A program made the position numbers and the translations under genes. A stretch of 64,000 bases of DNA from an uncultured Bacteroidales bacterium. Lineage in GTDB: Bacteria > Bacteroidota > Bacteroidia > Bacteroidales > JAAYJT01. Location: NCBI GenBank assembly GCA_964349765.1, contig CAYGGZ010000005.1:15918-79917 (forward strand). The letters run 5' to 3'. How positions within the stretch are numbered: the stretch's first letter is position 1; each line of letters opens with the position of its first letter. The notes below the pieces were generated by a model. It did not search any database, was not told the DNA's origin, and saw only the letters and a list, made by a program, of their open reading frames with translations. Below are positions 41,435-48,923 of this stretch, piece by piece.

Positions 41435-42322
41435 TTACATTCGTATAAATCTGGCAACCACGCCCAAAGGTAGTTGACGGCCACCCCGGTCGCTAACAGT
41501 TAGCTCTCCGTACTCAACGGTAGTGTTATTTCCGGCAATCGGCTGAACGAGATTAGCTGCCACGAGCGAAGAAAACCCCATTGAGTAAAGATTCAAAACA
41601 ATCATAGATGGTTGATCAACAAGTAAATGCTGACATAGATCCAGCAATTCGCCAAGAGAATCTTCGAGTATCCATTTCTCGCCGCCGGCTCCTCTGCCGT
41701 ATGCAGGAGGGTCGAGTATGATTGCATGATACTTGCTTCCGCGTCGAACCTCTCTGTGTGTAAAGCGAAGGGCATCTTCAGCCAACCAACGCACTCCTTC
41801 CAATCCGGAAGCTTCCATATTGTTGCGCGACCAAGTGAGTACCGACCTTACTGAATCAACATGCACCACCGTTGCACCGCCAGCAAGCGCTGCCAGAGTG
41901 GCTCCGCCGGTGTACGCAAACAGGTTGAGCACCTGCGGTTTTGACACCTTAAACTGCCTTAAATGATGAAAAATGTAATTCCAATTGTTGCTCTGCTCAG
42001 GAAAAACGCCAACATGGCCTGAAGAAGTAAGTCCAACTCTTAACCTAAATTTTAGTTCGCCTGATGAATATTGGATAAACCACTGCTCAGGACTTCCTTT
42101 TTTTAGAATCCAGTTTCCTCGTTCTGATCCTGTTTCAGGTTTTTCCCGTGCGAACCGGGCATGATGCAACCTCTCCCATTCGGAGCTATCAAGAGCCGGT
42201 TTCCAGATTGCTTGTGGCTCGGGTCGCCACACAATATATTCACCGAACCTTTCCAGTTTAGAAAAACCACCACTGTCAACCAGTTCGTAATCACGCCAAT
42301 CCCTGATTTCGGATATGTGCAT
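41435..42322 (-). CDS. class I SAM-dependent RNA methyltransferase (RlmI/PF10672-like)
   Basis: VLNLFAYTGGATLAAL (SAM motif I), IILDPPAY(G)RG. Length and architecture resemble the RlmI-like catalytic domain. Confidence 0.7.
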   Translation of the reverse strand: MHISEIRDWRDYELVDSGGFSKLERFGEYIVWRPEPQAIWKPALDSSEWERLHHARFAREKPETGSERGNWILKKGSPEQWFIQYSSGELKFRLRVGLTSSGHVGVFPEQSNNWNYIFHHLRQFKVSKPQVLNLFAYTGGATLAALAGGATVVHVDSVRSVLTWSRNNMEASGLEGVRWLAEDALRFTHREVRRGSKYHAIILDPPAYGRGAGGEKWILEDSLGELLDLCQHLLVDQPSMIVLNLYSMGFSSLVAANLVQPIAGNNTTVEYGELTVSDRGGRQLPLGVVARFIRM

Positions 42323-42747
42323 TTCTGATTAGAGTTTTTAATAAGGGTGCAAAGATGAGCATTAATTGTTAACAATTCTGAAAACAAACTACAAGCTATC
42401 CTGCAAAGGATTGTATTCATAGCAAAACGGAAGGTTTTAGTATGGGATTAACAAGTTACAAGCAAGCCTAAAAGACGACACCACAACCATCAACCTGACA
42501 CCTAAACCTCGAACTTTGACATCCTGACCAGACTTTTCAGTCAACCTTAACACGGCAGACAATTTCGCTGTATCTCGACTCCGACCAGCAGACCAACTTG
42601 ACGAAACACAAGCCAACCCCTCTACAAAGCCAAAAGAGCCACTTTTTTCCTACGCACCAAAGACGGTAGAGACAGCAAATACGCAATTTGTAGAGCCCAT
42701 ACTTAAATTTATTTTCATAAAAAGTTTGATAATTAGAAAACTTTGAC

Positions 42748-42755
42748 TACTTTTG
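42748..42755 (+). promoter_or_regulatory. candidate -7 box (TAnnTTTG) for the Type I R-M operon
   Basis: tacttttg sits 25 nt upstream of the TTG start of the half-hsdS ORF, with tttgac just upstream. A second match, taaatttg (42773-42780), overlaps that start. Confidence 0.3.
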
Positions 42756-42779
42756 TAGAGTCATTACAAAGGAATAAAT

Positions 42780-43346
42780 TTGAAAACCTTAATTAAACAT
42801 ATCACAAACATCCAAACCGGACTCTTTGCAAAGCCCTCTGGCAGTGGCAATGTTGTGTATTTACAATCCAAGCATTTTGACGAAAACGGACAATTGCATG
42901 CTGTTCTTCACCCTGATTTGGTGGCTGAGGGGATTTCTGAAAAGCATCTGCTAAGAGACGGTGATGTGATTTTTGCAGCGAAGGGTTATAAAAACTTTGC
43001 AGCCGTTTTTGAAAACCACAACGAACCTTCCGTTGCTTCTACCTCCTTCTTTGTTATAAGACCAACCGACCAAAAAGTGTTGTCTAAATATTTGGTTTGG
43101 TTTCTAAATAACCACACCACACAAACACTTTTAAAAGGCCAAGCCATCGGAACTTCAATTCCTTCCATTTCAAAACAGGTTTTAGAAAATCTGGAAATTA
43201 CAGTGCCGAGCATTGAAATCCAAAAGGCGATTCTGAAAATCACAAAACTCCGCAACAAGGAGAAAGCTTTGAAGCAGGAATTAGAACTTTTAAGAGATAG
43301 AAAAATAAATCAACAGCTATTACAGGCTATAAACTATGAGAGATAA
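42780..43346 (+). CDS. hsdS: Type I restriction-modification specificity subunit, half-size (single TRD plus one conserved helix)
   Basis: 188 aa. TRD-like body (GDVIFAAKG...SFFVIRP...YLVWFLN...GTSIPSISK..LENLEI.VPS.EIQ..I) and a coiled-coil tail. Only a TTG start is available; the last codons lie in an inverted-repeat arm. Confidence 0.65.
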   Translation: MKTLIKHITNIQTGLFAKPSGSGNVVYLQSKHFDENGQLHAVLHPDLVAEGISEKHLLRDGDVIFAAKGYKNFAAVFENHNEPSVASTSFFVIRPTDQKVLSKYLVWFLNNHTTQTLLKGQAIGTSIPSISKQVLENLEITVPSIEIQKAILKITKLRNKEKALKQELELLRDRKINQQLLQAINYER

Positions 43347-43355
43347 GATATGAGA
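43335..43355. repeat. left inverted-repeat arm of four-helix-bundle cassette 1
   Basis: tatgagagataagatatgaga matches the reverse complement of the CATATCT array (tatgagatatgagatatgaga) at 19 of 21 positions. It contains the hsdS-half stop codon and the cassette gene's ATG. Confidence 0.8.
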
Positions 43356-43718
43356 CAAAGTAAATCCATATTAAAAGACAAATCATTTGCGTTTGCGATA
43401 GCTATTGTGAGGGCATATAAAACTCTTGTTGAAGAGAAAAGAGAATTTGTGATGAGCAAACAATTGTTGCGTTCAGGAACTTCAGTTGGTGCAAATATTC
43501 GTGAGGCAAAAAATGCTGAAAGCACAAATGACTTCATCCATAAACTTGGCATAGCCCAAAAAGAATGTGATGAAACTTTGTACTGGCTTGAATTGCTCAA
43601 GAAAACTGAATTCCTTAATGAACAAACTTTTTTAGAACTCTCAGACCAAGCCAATCAAATCCTTAAAATGATTCGAAGCACCATCTTAACCATCAAACAA
43701 AAAAATCTCAAATCTTAA
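43350..43718 (+). CDS. four helix bundle protein (23S rRNA intervening-sequence protein family, PF05635)
   Basis: KSFAFAIAIVRAYKTL....EFVMSKQLLRSGTSVGANIREAKNAES..DFIHKLGIAQKECDETLYWLELL is the family signature. Confidence 0.9.
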   Translation: MRQSKSILKDKSFAFAIAIVRAYKTLVEEKREFVMSKQLLRSGTSVGANIREAKNAESTNDFIHKLGIAQKECDETLYWLELLKKTEFLNEQTFLELSDQANQILKMIRSTILTIKQKNLKS

Positions 43719-43722
43719 ATCC

Positions 43723-43760
43723 CATATCTCATATCTCATATCTCATATCTCATATCTCAT
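43723..43760 (+). repeat. heptanucleotide tandem repeat (CATATCT x5.4) ending in the hsdM start codon; right arm of cassette 1
   Basis: Direct reading: catatct catatct catatct catatct catatct cat|g. The ATG of hsdM (43759-43761) is formed by the last partial unit. Confidence 0.95.
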
Positions 43761-45456
43761 GGCTAAAATAACTCAGAAAGACATCAACGATGCAGTTTGG
43801 AAAGCTTGCGACACCTTTAGGGGAAGCATTGACCCAAGCGTTTACAAAGACTATGTACTTACCATGCTATTCCTAAAATATCTCAGCGATGTGCATGACG
43901 ATAAAATGGAAAGCTACCTGAAAAAGTACAATGGCGATATGGAACGTGCCAAACGTGCCATGCAGCACGAACGATTCATTGTACCGGAGCATAGCCATTT
44001 TAAGTTTCTGTACGATTCTCGGAACGAAGCCAATATTGGTGAACTCATTAATATTGCTTTGGCAGATTTGGAAGAAGCCAACCGTGAGAAATTGTACAGT
44101 GAAGACGGTGCAGGTATTTTCCAGAACATTGACTTTAACAGCAGCAAGCTGGGCGAACCCAAAGACAAAAACACCCGACTGAAAAACCTCTTGCTCGATT
44201 TCAACAAGGATGCTTTGAACCTTCGTCCTTCCCATTTGGATGGTAACGACATTATTGGGGGTGCTTACATGTTCCTCATTGAAAACTTTGCCAGTGATGC
44301 AGGGAAAAAAGCGGGAGAATTTTTTACACCAAAAGAAGTATCTACGCTTATTGCCAAACTCACCAAATCAAAACCCGGTTCACGCATAAGTGATCCAACC
44401 TGCGGTTCGGCTTCACTCTTGATAAAAGCAGGCGAAGAAGTTGGTTCAGATAATTTTTCACTTTACGGACAAGAAGCAAACGGCAGCACCTGGGCATTAG
44501 CTGTGATGAATATGTTTTTGCATGGCTTCGATAACGCTACTATTCGCTGGGGCGATACCATCCGCAACCCCAAACTAAAGGAAGGCGATACGCTGATGAA
44601 GTTTGATACCGTAGTGGCAAATCCGCCATTCTCTTTAGACAAATGGGGAAAGGTAGAAGACAAGGAAGGCGACAAAACCACCATCAGCTACGACCCCGAA
44701 ACCGACAAATACAACCGTTTTTGGAGAGGCGTGCCACCCAAGAGCAAAGGCGACTGGGCATTTATCAGCCACATGATAGAAACCTTGAACGAACATGGAA
44801 AAGCGGGTGTGGTAGTGCCACATGGTGTATTGTTTCGTGGCAGCAGCGAAGGCCGCATACGCCAACGCACCATTGAAGAAAACCTGTTGGAAGCAGTAAT
44901 TGGCTTACCTGCCAACCTGTTTTTTGGTACAGGTATTCCGGCTGCAATCTTAGTTTTTAACAAGCAAAAAAGCAGCAACAACGTATTGTTTATTGATGCC
45001 AGCAAGCACTACGAAAGTGTCAAAAACCAAAATAAGCTGCGATCTTCAGATATTGAGCGAATAGTAGGAACTTATGAACTCTTGCAGAGCTATGAACTAG
45101 GAGATATAAGTTATGAGATGCTGGAGAAATCAGGAAAATGGAAAGTGGATGGTGATTATTTGATAAGCCTTCGTTCAGGTAGCAAACTACTCAAATCCGA
45201 ACTCGAAATCTTAAACAACAAAAATCTCAAATCTCATCCCTCATATCTCATATCTCCGAAATACAGCTATGTAGCTTCCCCTGAAGAAATACAGGTAAAC
45301 GACTATAACCTGAACATTCCACGCTATGTGGACACTTTTGAAGAAGAACCCGAAGTGGATATTGCTGCGGTGCAAAAGGAGATTGAACAACTGGAAGGCG
45401 AATTAGTGAAAGTGCAAAGTGAGATTGAAGTTTATTTAAAACAATTAATAAATTAG
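43759..45456 (+). CDS. hsdM: Type I restriction-modification DNA methyltransferase subunit M (N6-adenine)
   Basis: HsdM_N helical domain; motif I DPTCGSASLL; motif IV VANPPFS; C-terminal NDYNLNIPRYVD. At 565 aa it is longer than usual because of an insertion at about 45091-45257. Confidence 0.95.
   Translation: MAKITQKDINDAVWKACDTFRGSIDPSVYKDYVLTMLFLKYLSDVHDDKMESYLKKYNGDMERAKRAMQHERFIVPEHSHFKFLYDSRNEANIGELINIALADLEEANREKLYSEDGAGIFQNIDFNSSKLGEPKDKNTRLKNLLLDFNKDALNLRPSHLDGNDIIGGAYMFLIENFASDAGKKAGEFFTPKEVSTLIAKLTKSKPGSRISDPTCGSASLLIKAGEEVGSDNFSLYGQEANGSTWALAVMNMFLHGFDNATIRWGDTIRNPKLKEGDTLMKFDTVVANPPFSLDKWGKVEDKEGDKTTISYDPETDKYNRFWRGVPPKSKGDWAFISHMIETLNEHGKAGVVVPHGVLFRGSSEGRIRQRTIEENLLEAVIGLPANLFFGTGIPAAILVFNKQKSSNNVLFIDASKHYESVKNQNKLRSSDIERIVGTYELLQSYELGDISYEMLEKSGKWKVDGDYLISLRSGSKLLKSELEILNNKNLKSHPSYLISPKYSYVASPEEIQVNDYNLNIPRYVDTFEEEPEVDIAAVQKEIEQLEGELVKVQSEIEVYLKQLIN
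45091..45257 (+). repeat. decayed four-helix-bundle-cassette-like insertion, in frame within hsdM
   Basis: The left end tatgaactaggagatataagttatgagatg is homologous to 47141-47172. The right end aaaaatctcaaatctcatccctcatatctcatatctcc is ~90% identical to 43701-43740 (the cassette 1 end), with the TAA stop replaced by CAT. Confidence 0.7.
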
Positions 45457-45482
45457 CCATTTCGAGCGCAACCTCGAAATGG
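45457..45482 (+). terminator. perfect 10-bp hairpin immediately after the hsdM stop
   Basis: ccatttcgag (45457-45466), loop cgcaac, ctcgaaatgg (45473-45482). There is no clear T-run, so its function (terminator or processing site) is uncertain. Confidence 0.4.
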
Positions 45483-45502
45483 TTCAATATAAAGTGATTA
45501 TT

Positions 45503-46342
45503 ATGGCTAAAGAAAAAAAATCAACCATTGTTGTTCAAGGATTGGCAGTTAACATTATTAGCCAATCTCAAGTCGATTATATATCAATAACAGATATTGC
45601 ACGGCACAGAGATGCCGACCGCAGCGATTATATTCTTCAGAACTGGCTACGAAACCGAAGTACAATAGAGTTTATTGGGCTTTGGGAACAACTTCGAAAT
45701 CCATATTTTAATTCCATCGAATTCGATGGAATTAAAATTATGTCGGGGTCAAATAGCTTTTCACTGACACCAAAGAGATGGATAGAAAGCACCAACGCTA
45801 TAGGCATCGTCTCCAAAACAGGAAGATATGGAGGCACATTTGCACATAAGGACATAGCCTTTGAATTTGCCTCATGGATAAGCGCCGAATTCAAAATGTA
45901 CCTGATTGTAGAATTTCAACGCCTGAAGGAAGACGAAAACCGGAGGCTTTCACTGGAATGGAACCTGAACCGCACCTTATCCAAGGTAAACTATCGCATC
46001 CATACCGATGCCATAAAAGAGAATATTATTCCCGCCAACACCACTAAAGAGCAAGAACATTTTATTTATGCCAATGAAGCCGATGTTCTGAATGTAGCTC
46101 TCTTTGGGCAAACAGCAAAGCAATGGCGAAAAACCAACCCCGACAAGGAAGGCAATTTAAGGGATGATAGTACGGTAGAGCAATTGTTGGTAATGGCCAA
46201 TCTGGAAAGCATGAATGCCGAATTTATCCGAATGGGCTTGCCACAAGGTGAAAGACTGAGAAAACTCAATGCCATTGCCATTCAGCAACTAAAATCGTTG
46301 GTGGGAAATGTGAATCTTAAAAAACTGGGAGATGGAATATAA
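45503..46342 (+). CDS. KilA-N domain-containing protein
   Basis: From MAKEKKSTIVVQG..DYISITDIARHRD.....ILQNWLRNRSTIEFIGLWEQLRNP.F......GRYGGTFAHKDIAFEFASWISAEFKMYLIVEFQRLKEDE. This family is commonly embedded in Bacteroidota Type I R-M loci. Confidence 0.85.
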   Translation: MAKEKKSTIVVQGLAVNIISQSQVDYISITDIARHRDADRSDYILQNWLRNRSTIEFIGLWEQLRNPYFNSIEFDGIKIMSGSNSFSLTPKRWIESTNAIGIVSKTGRYGGTFAHKDIAFEFASWISAEFKMYLIVEFQRLKEDENRRLSLEWNLNRTLSKVNYRIHTDAIKENIIPANTTKEQEHFIYANEADVLNVALFGQTAKQWRKTNPDKEGNLRDDSTVEQLLVMANLESMNAEFIRMGLPQGERLRKLNAIAIQQLKSLVGNVNLKKLGDGI

Positions 46343-46512
46343 TACGAATTATCATGCAGTTTCAGATCACTTAGAGATTACTCTCGAGGATATCATGCAA
46401 ATCAATGAACCCAAGCCATTAAAAACACCTAAAAAGAAAAAGTAGTCTGAACCATGATTCATCTGATTTTTATGATGGTCATGATTCTCAAACAAAAAAT
46501 CAAAGCAATCAC

Positions 46513-47814
46513 ATGTTTCAAAAAAATCATAGTGCAGACAATAACGAAATTCCGAGTGATTGGGATGTTAAGCATTTTGAGGATGTAGCGGATATTGATA
46601 AGGAGAGCTTGAATGCTAATACTCCAAATGATTACGAGTTCGATTATATCTCTCTTTCTGATGTTGATTCTGTTGATTTTAATATAGAAACAACAAGGCA
46701 AATATTTGCTACAGCACCATCGAGGGCAAGAAGAATTGTTAAACAAGGGGATATTTTAATGTCCACTGTTCGCCCAAATCTTCAAGGTTTTGTCCTTTTA
46801 AGAAATGAGGTTAAAGATTTAATTGCTTCAACTGGTTTTGCTGTAATTACAGCAAAAAAGTGTAGTAAAGAATATCTATTTCAATATTTATTCAGTTCAG
46901 GCATTCAAAAACAATTTTATCACCTGTTGGTTGGTTCCAATTATCCTGCTATAAACTCATCCGATGTAAAAAAACTCAAAATCCCCCTCCCCCCACTCCC
47001 CGAGCAAAAAGCTATAGCCCAAGTGCTAAGCACGGCCGATGCCGCCATCCACACCACCGAAAAACTTATTGCCCAAAAAGAACTGCAAAAAAAATGGCTG
47101 ATGCAGCAATTGCTTACGGGGAAGAAACGGCTTTTTTCTAGAGATGAGTTAGGAGATATGAGTTATGAGTTGAAGAAAGTAAAATTTACAGATGTGTTTC
47201 AAATTATGAAATCTTACTCTATTTCTAGAGAAGGGTTAAGTGATATAGTTGACGAAAGCTCAGTTTATTGTATTCATTATGGAGATATACATGCATTTTA
47301 CTCCAATGAGTTCTTAGATTTTTCTTCTCAAAAAGGTATCCCATCTTTAAAAAATGAAATATTGATTAACCCTAAGGACTTTTTACAGGATGGCGACATA
47401 CTAATGGCTGATGCATCTGAAGATTATGAAGGTGTTGGTGAGATAGTAGAAGTAACAAACTTAAAAGATAAAAAAGCAATTGGAGGATTACACACAATTG
47501 TGCTTAGGCCTAGCAAAAAAGTTATATCACCAAAATACACAGCTTATCTTTTGTCCAGCGAAATAGTAAAAAATGAACTAAGAAAAAAAGCTACTGGCAC
47601 ATCAGTTTATAGCGTTTCCAAGTCAACACTTCATAACTTATCTCTCATAATTCATAACTCCTTAAAAGAACAAACCGCCATTGCCAAGGTACTGCAAGCG
47701 GCAGATAAAGAAATCAGCCTGCTCAAAGCCAAAGCAGATAAGTTGCAGGAGCAGAAAAAGGGATTGATGCAGCAGCTACTCACCGGTAAAGTGAGATTGA
47801 AAATTGAAAACTAA
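46513..47814 (+). CDS. hsdS: Type I restriction-modification specificity subunit S (two TRDs)
   Basis: 433 aa. Two conserved regions, LPPLPEQKAIAQVLSTADAAI...LMQQLLTGKKRL and LKEQTAIAKVLQAADKEI...LMQQLLTGKVRL, separate two AT-rich TRDs. Confidence 0.95.
   Translation: MFQKNHSADNNEIPSDWDVKHFEDVADIDKESLNANTPNDYEFDYISLSDVDSVDFNIETTRQIFATAPSRARRIVKQGDILMSTVRPNLQGFVLLRNEVKDLIASTGFAVITAKKCSKEYLFQYLFSSGIQKQFYHLLVGSNYPAINSSDVKKLKIPLPPLPEQKAIAQVLSTADAAIHTTEKLIAQKELQKKWLMQQLLTGKKRLFSRDELGDMSYELKKVKFTDVFQIMKSYSISREGLSDIVDESSVYCIHYGDIHAFYSNEFLDFSSQKGIPSLKNEILINPKDFLQDGDILMADASEDYEGVGEIVEVTNLKDKKAIGGLHTIVLRPSKKVISPKYTAYLLSSEIVKNELRKKATGTSVYSVSKSTLHNLSLIIHNSLKEQTAIAKVLQAADKEISLLKAKADKLQEQKKGLMQQLLTGKVRLKIEN
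47141..47172. repeat. inverted-repeat arm at the 5' edge of hsdS TRD2
   Basis: gagatgagttaggagatatgagttatgagttg. 25 of 29 positions are identical to the hsdM-internal left end (45092-45120). Its inverted partner is at 47632-47661. Confidence 0.7.
47632..47661. repeat. inverted-repeat arm at the 3' edge of hsdS TRD2
   Basis: cataacttatctctcataattcataactcc. Its reverse complement ggagttatgaattatgagagataagttatg matches ggagatatgagttatgag (47151-47168) at about 15 of 18 positions. Confidence 0.65.
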
Positions 47815-47825
47815 ACAAAATTGAT

Positions 47826-48677
47826 ATGGCAAAAAAATTACAACGAATCGCAATCGCCTATGACTTTGATGGAACTTTGGCCCCAGGCAATATGCAGCAG
47901 CATTCTTTTATTCCAAAACTAGGTGTTGATAGCGGTACTTTTTGGAAGGAGGTAAAAGCTATCGCAAAAGAAAACGACATGAATGAGATATTGGCATACA
48001 TGCACCATATGATTAAAAAGGCTGATGAAAAGAATATCCCAATAACTAAAAAAGCTTTTGTTGAACATGGCAAAGGGATGCCTATGTTTCCTGGTGTTGT
48101 CGAATATTTTGAAAAGATTAATGAATATGCCAAATCAAAAGAATTGGTTGTAGAACATTATATTATTTCTTCAGGCCTTCGAGATATTCTGAAAGGAACA
48201 CCAATTCATAAAGAATTTGAAATGGTTTTTGCTTCTGCTTATAAGTATAACGTTAACGATGTTGCAGAATGGCCGGCATTAGCAATTGACTATACTAACA
48301 AAACGCAATTTCTATTCAGGATAAATAAAGGAATTAAAAACGCTTGGGATAATGAAAGCATAAATAAGTTTATGCCAGAAAATGAAAGACCTATGCCATT
48401 TAACCGAATGATTTATTTGGGTGATGGTGAGTCTGATATTCCGGCAATGAAAATGATAAATTTTCAAGGTGGGAAATCTATTGCCGTTTATAATCCTGAT
48501 ACTAAAACAAAAGCTGGTAAAAAAGCTAAAAAGATAACTCAAGAACTTGTTTCACAAGGTAGGGCAAACTACGTAGCTCCTGCAGACTACTCTGAGGGAA
48601 GTTCACTTTATAAAATCATTCAGTTGTGCATAGATTCAATGGCTGCGGAAATTGAATTGCAAAATTTTAAAAAGTAA
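47826..48677 (+). CDS. HAD superfamily phosphatase-like protein
   Basis: HAD motif I IAYDFDGTLAP (DxDxT), motif II ISSG, motif IV YLGDGESDIPAMK; 283 aa. Lies between hsdS and hsdR. Confidence 0.7.
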   Translation: MAKKLQRIAIAYDFDGTLAPGNMQQHSFIPKLGVDSGTFWKEVKAIAKENDMNEILAYMHHMIKKADEKNIPITKKAFVEHGKGMPMFPGVVEYFEKINEYAKSKELVVEHYIISSGLRDILKGTPIHKEFEMVFASAYKYNVNDVAEWPALAIDYTNKTQFLFRINKGIKNAWDNESINKFMPENERPMPFNRMIYLGDGESDIPAMKMINFQGGKSIAVYNPDTKTKAGKKAKKITQELVSQGRANYVAPADYSEGSSLYKIIQLCIDSMAAEIELQNFKK

Positions 48678-48680
48678 CAT

Positions 48681-48920
48681 ATGGCACGCAAAGAAAGACA
48701 TGTAGTTCCCAATTCCGAAAAAGGCGGTTGGGATTCAAAAAGAGAAAATGCAGAAAGGGCTTCCAAGAATTTTGAAACCAAGAAAGAAGCTATGGACTGG
48801 AGTCGTGAAAAAGCAAAACAGGAGAAATCTGAATTGATACCACATGGAAAAGATGGAAAAATTCAGAATCCGAATAGCTATGGTAGTGATCCCAATCCAC
48901 CTAAGGATAAAAACAAATAG
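48681..48920 (+). CDS. DUF2188 domain-containing small protein
   Basis: 79 aa; HVVPNSEKGGWDSKRENAERASKNFETKKEAMDWSRE.AK....ELIPHGKDGKI matches the DUF2188 pattern. Confidence 0.7.
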   Translation: MARKERHVVPNSEKGGWDSKRENAERASKNFETKKEAMDWSREKAKQEKSELIPHGKDGKIQNPNSYGSDPNPPKDKNK

Positions 48921-48923
48921 TTT

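Noticed and set aside
42103-42420. 105-aa minus-strand ORF extending upstream of the RlmI-like gene
   Set aside because: It is an alternative frame overlapping the 5' part of the methyltransferase gene. The well-conserved frame starts at 42322.
43723-43760. Possibility that the CATATCT array or the 50784-50953 iterons are a CRISPR array
   Set aside because: The units are 7 and ~15 nt without unique spacers of CRISPR size, and no cas genes are in the window.
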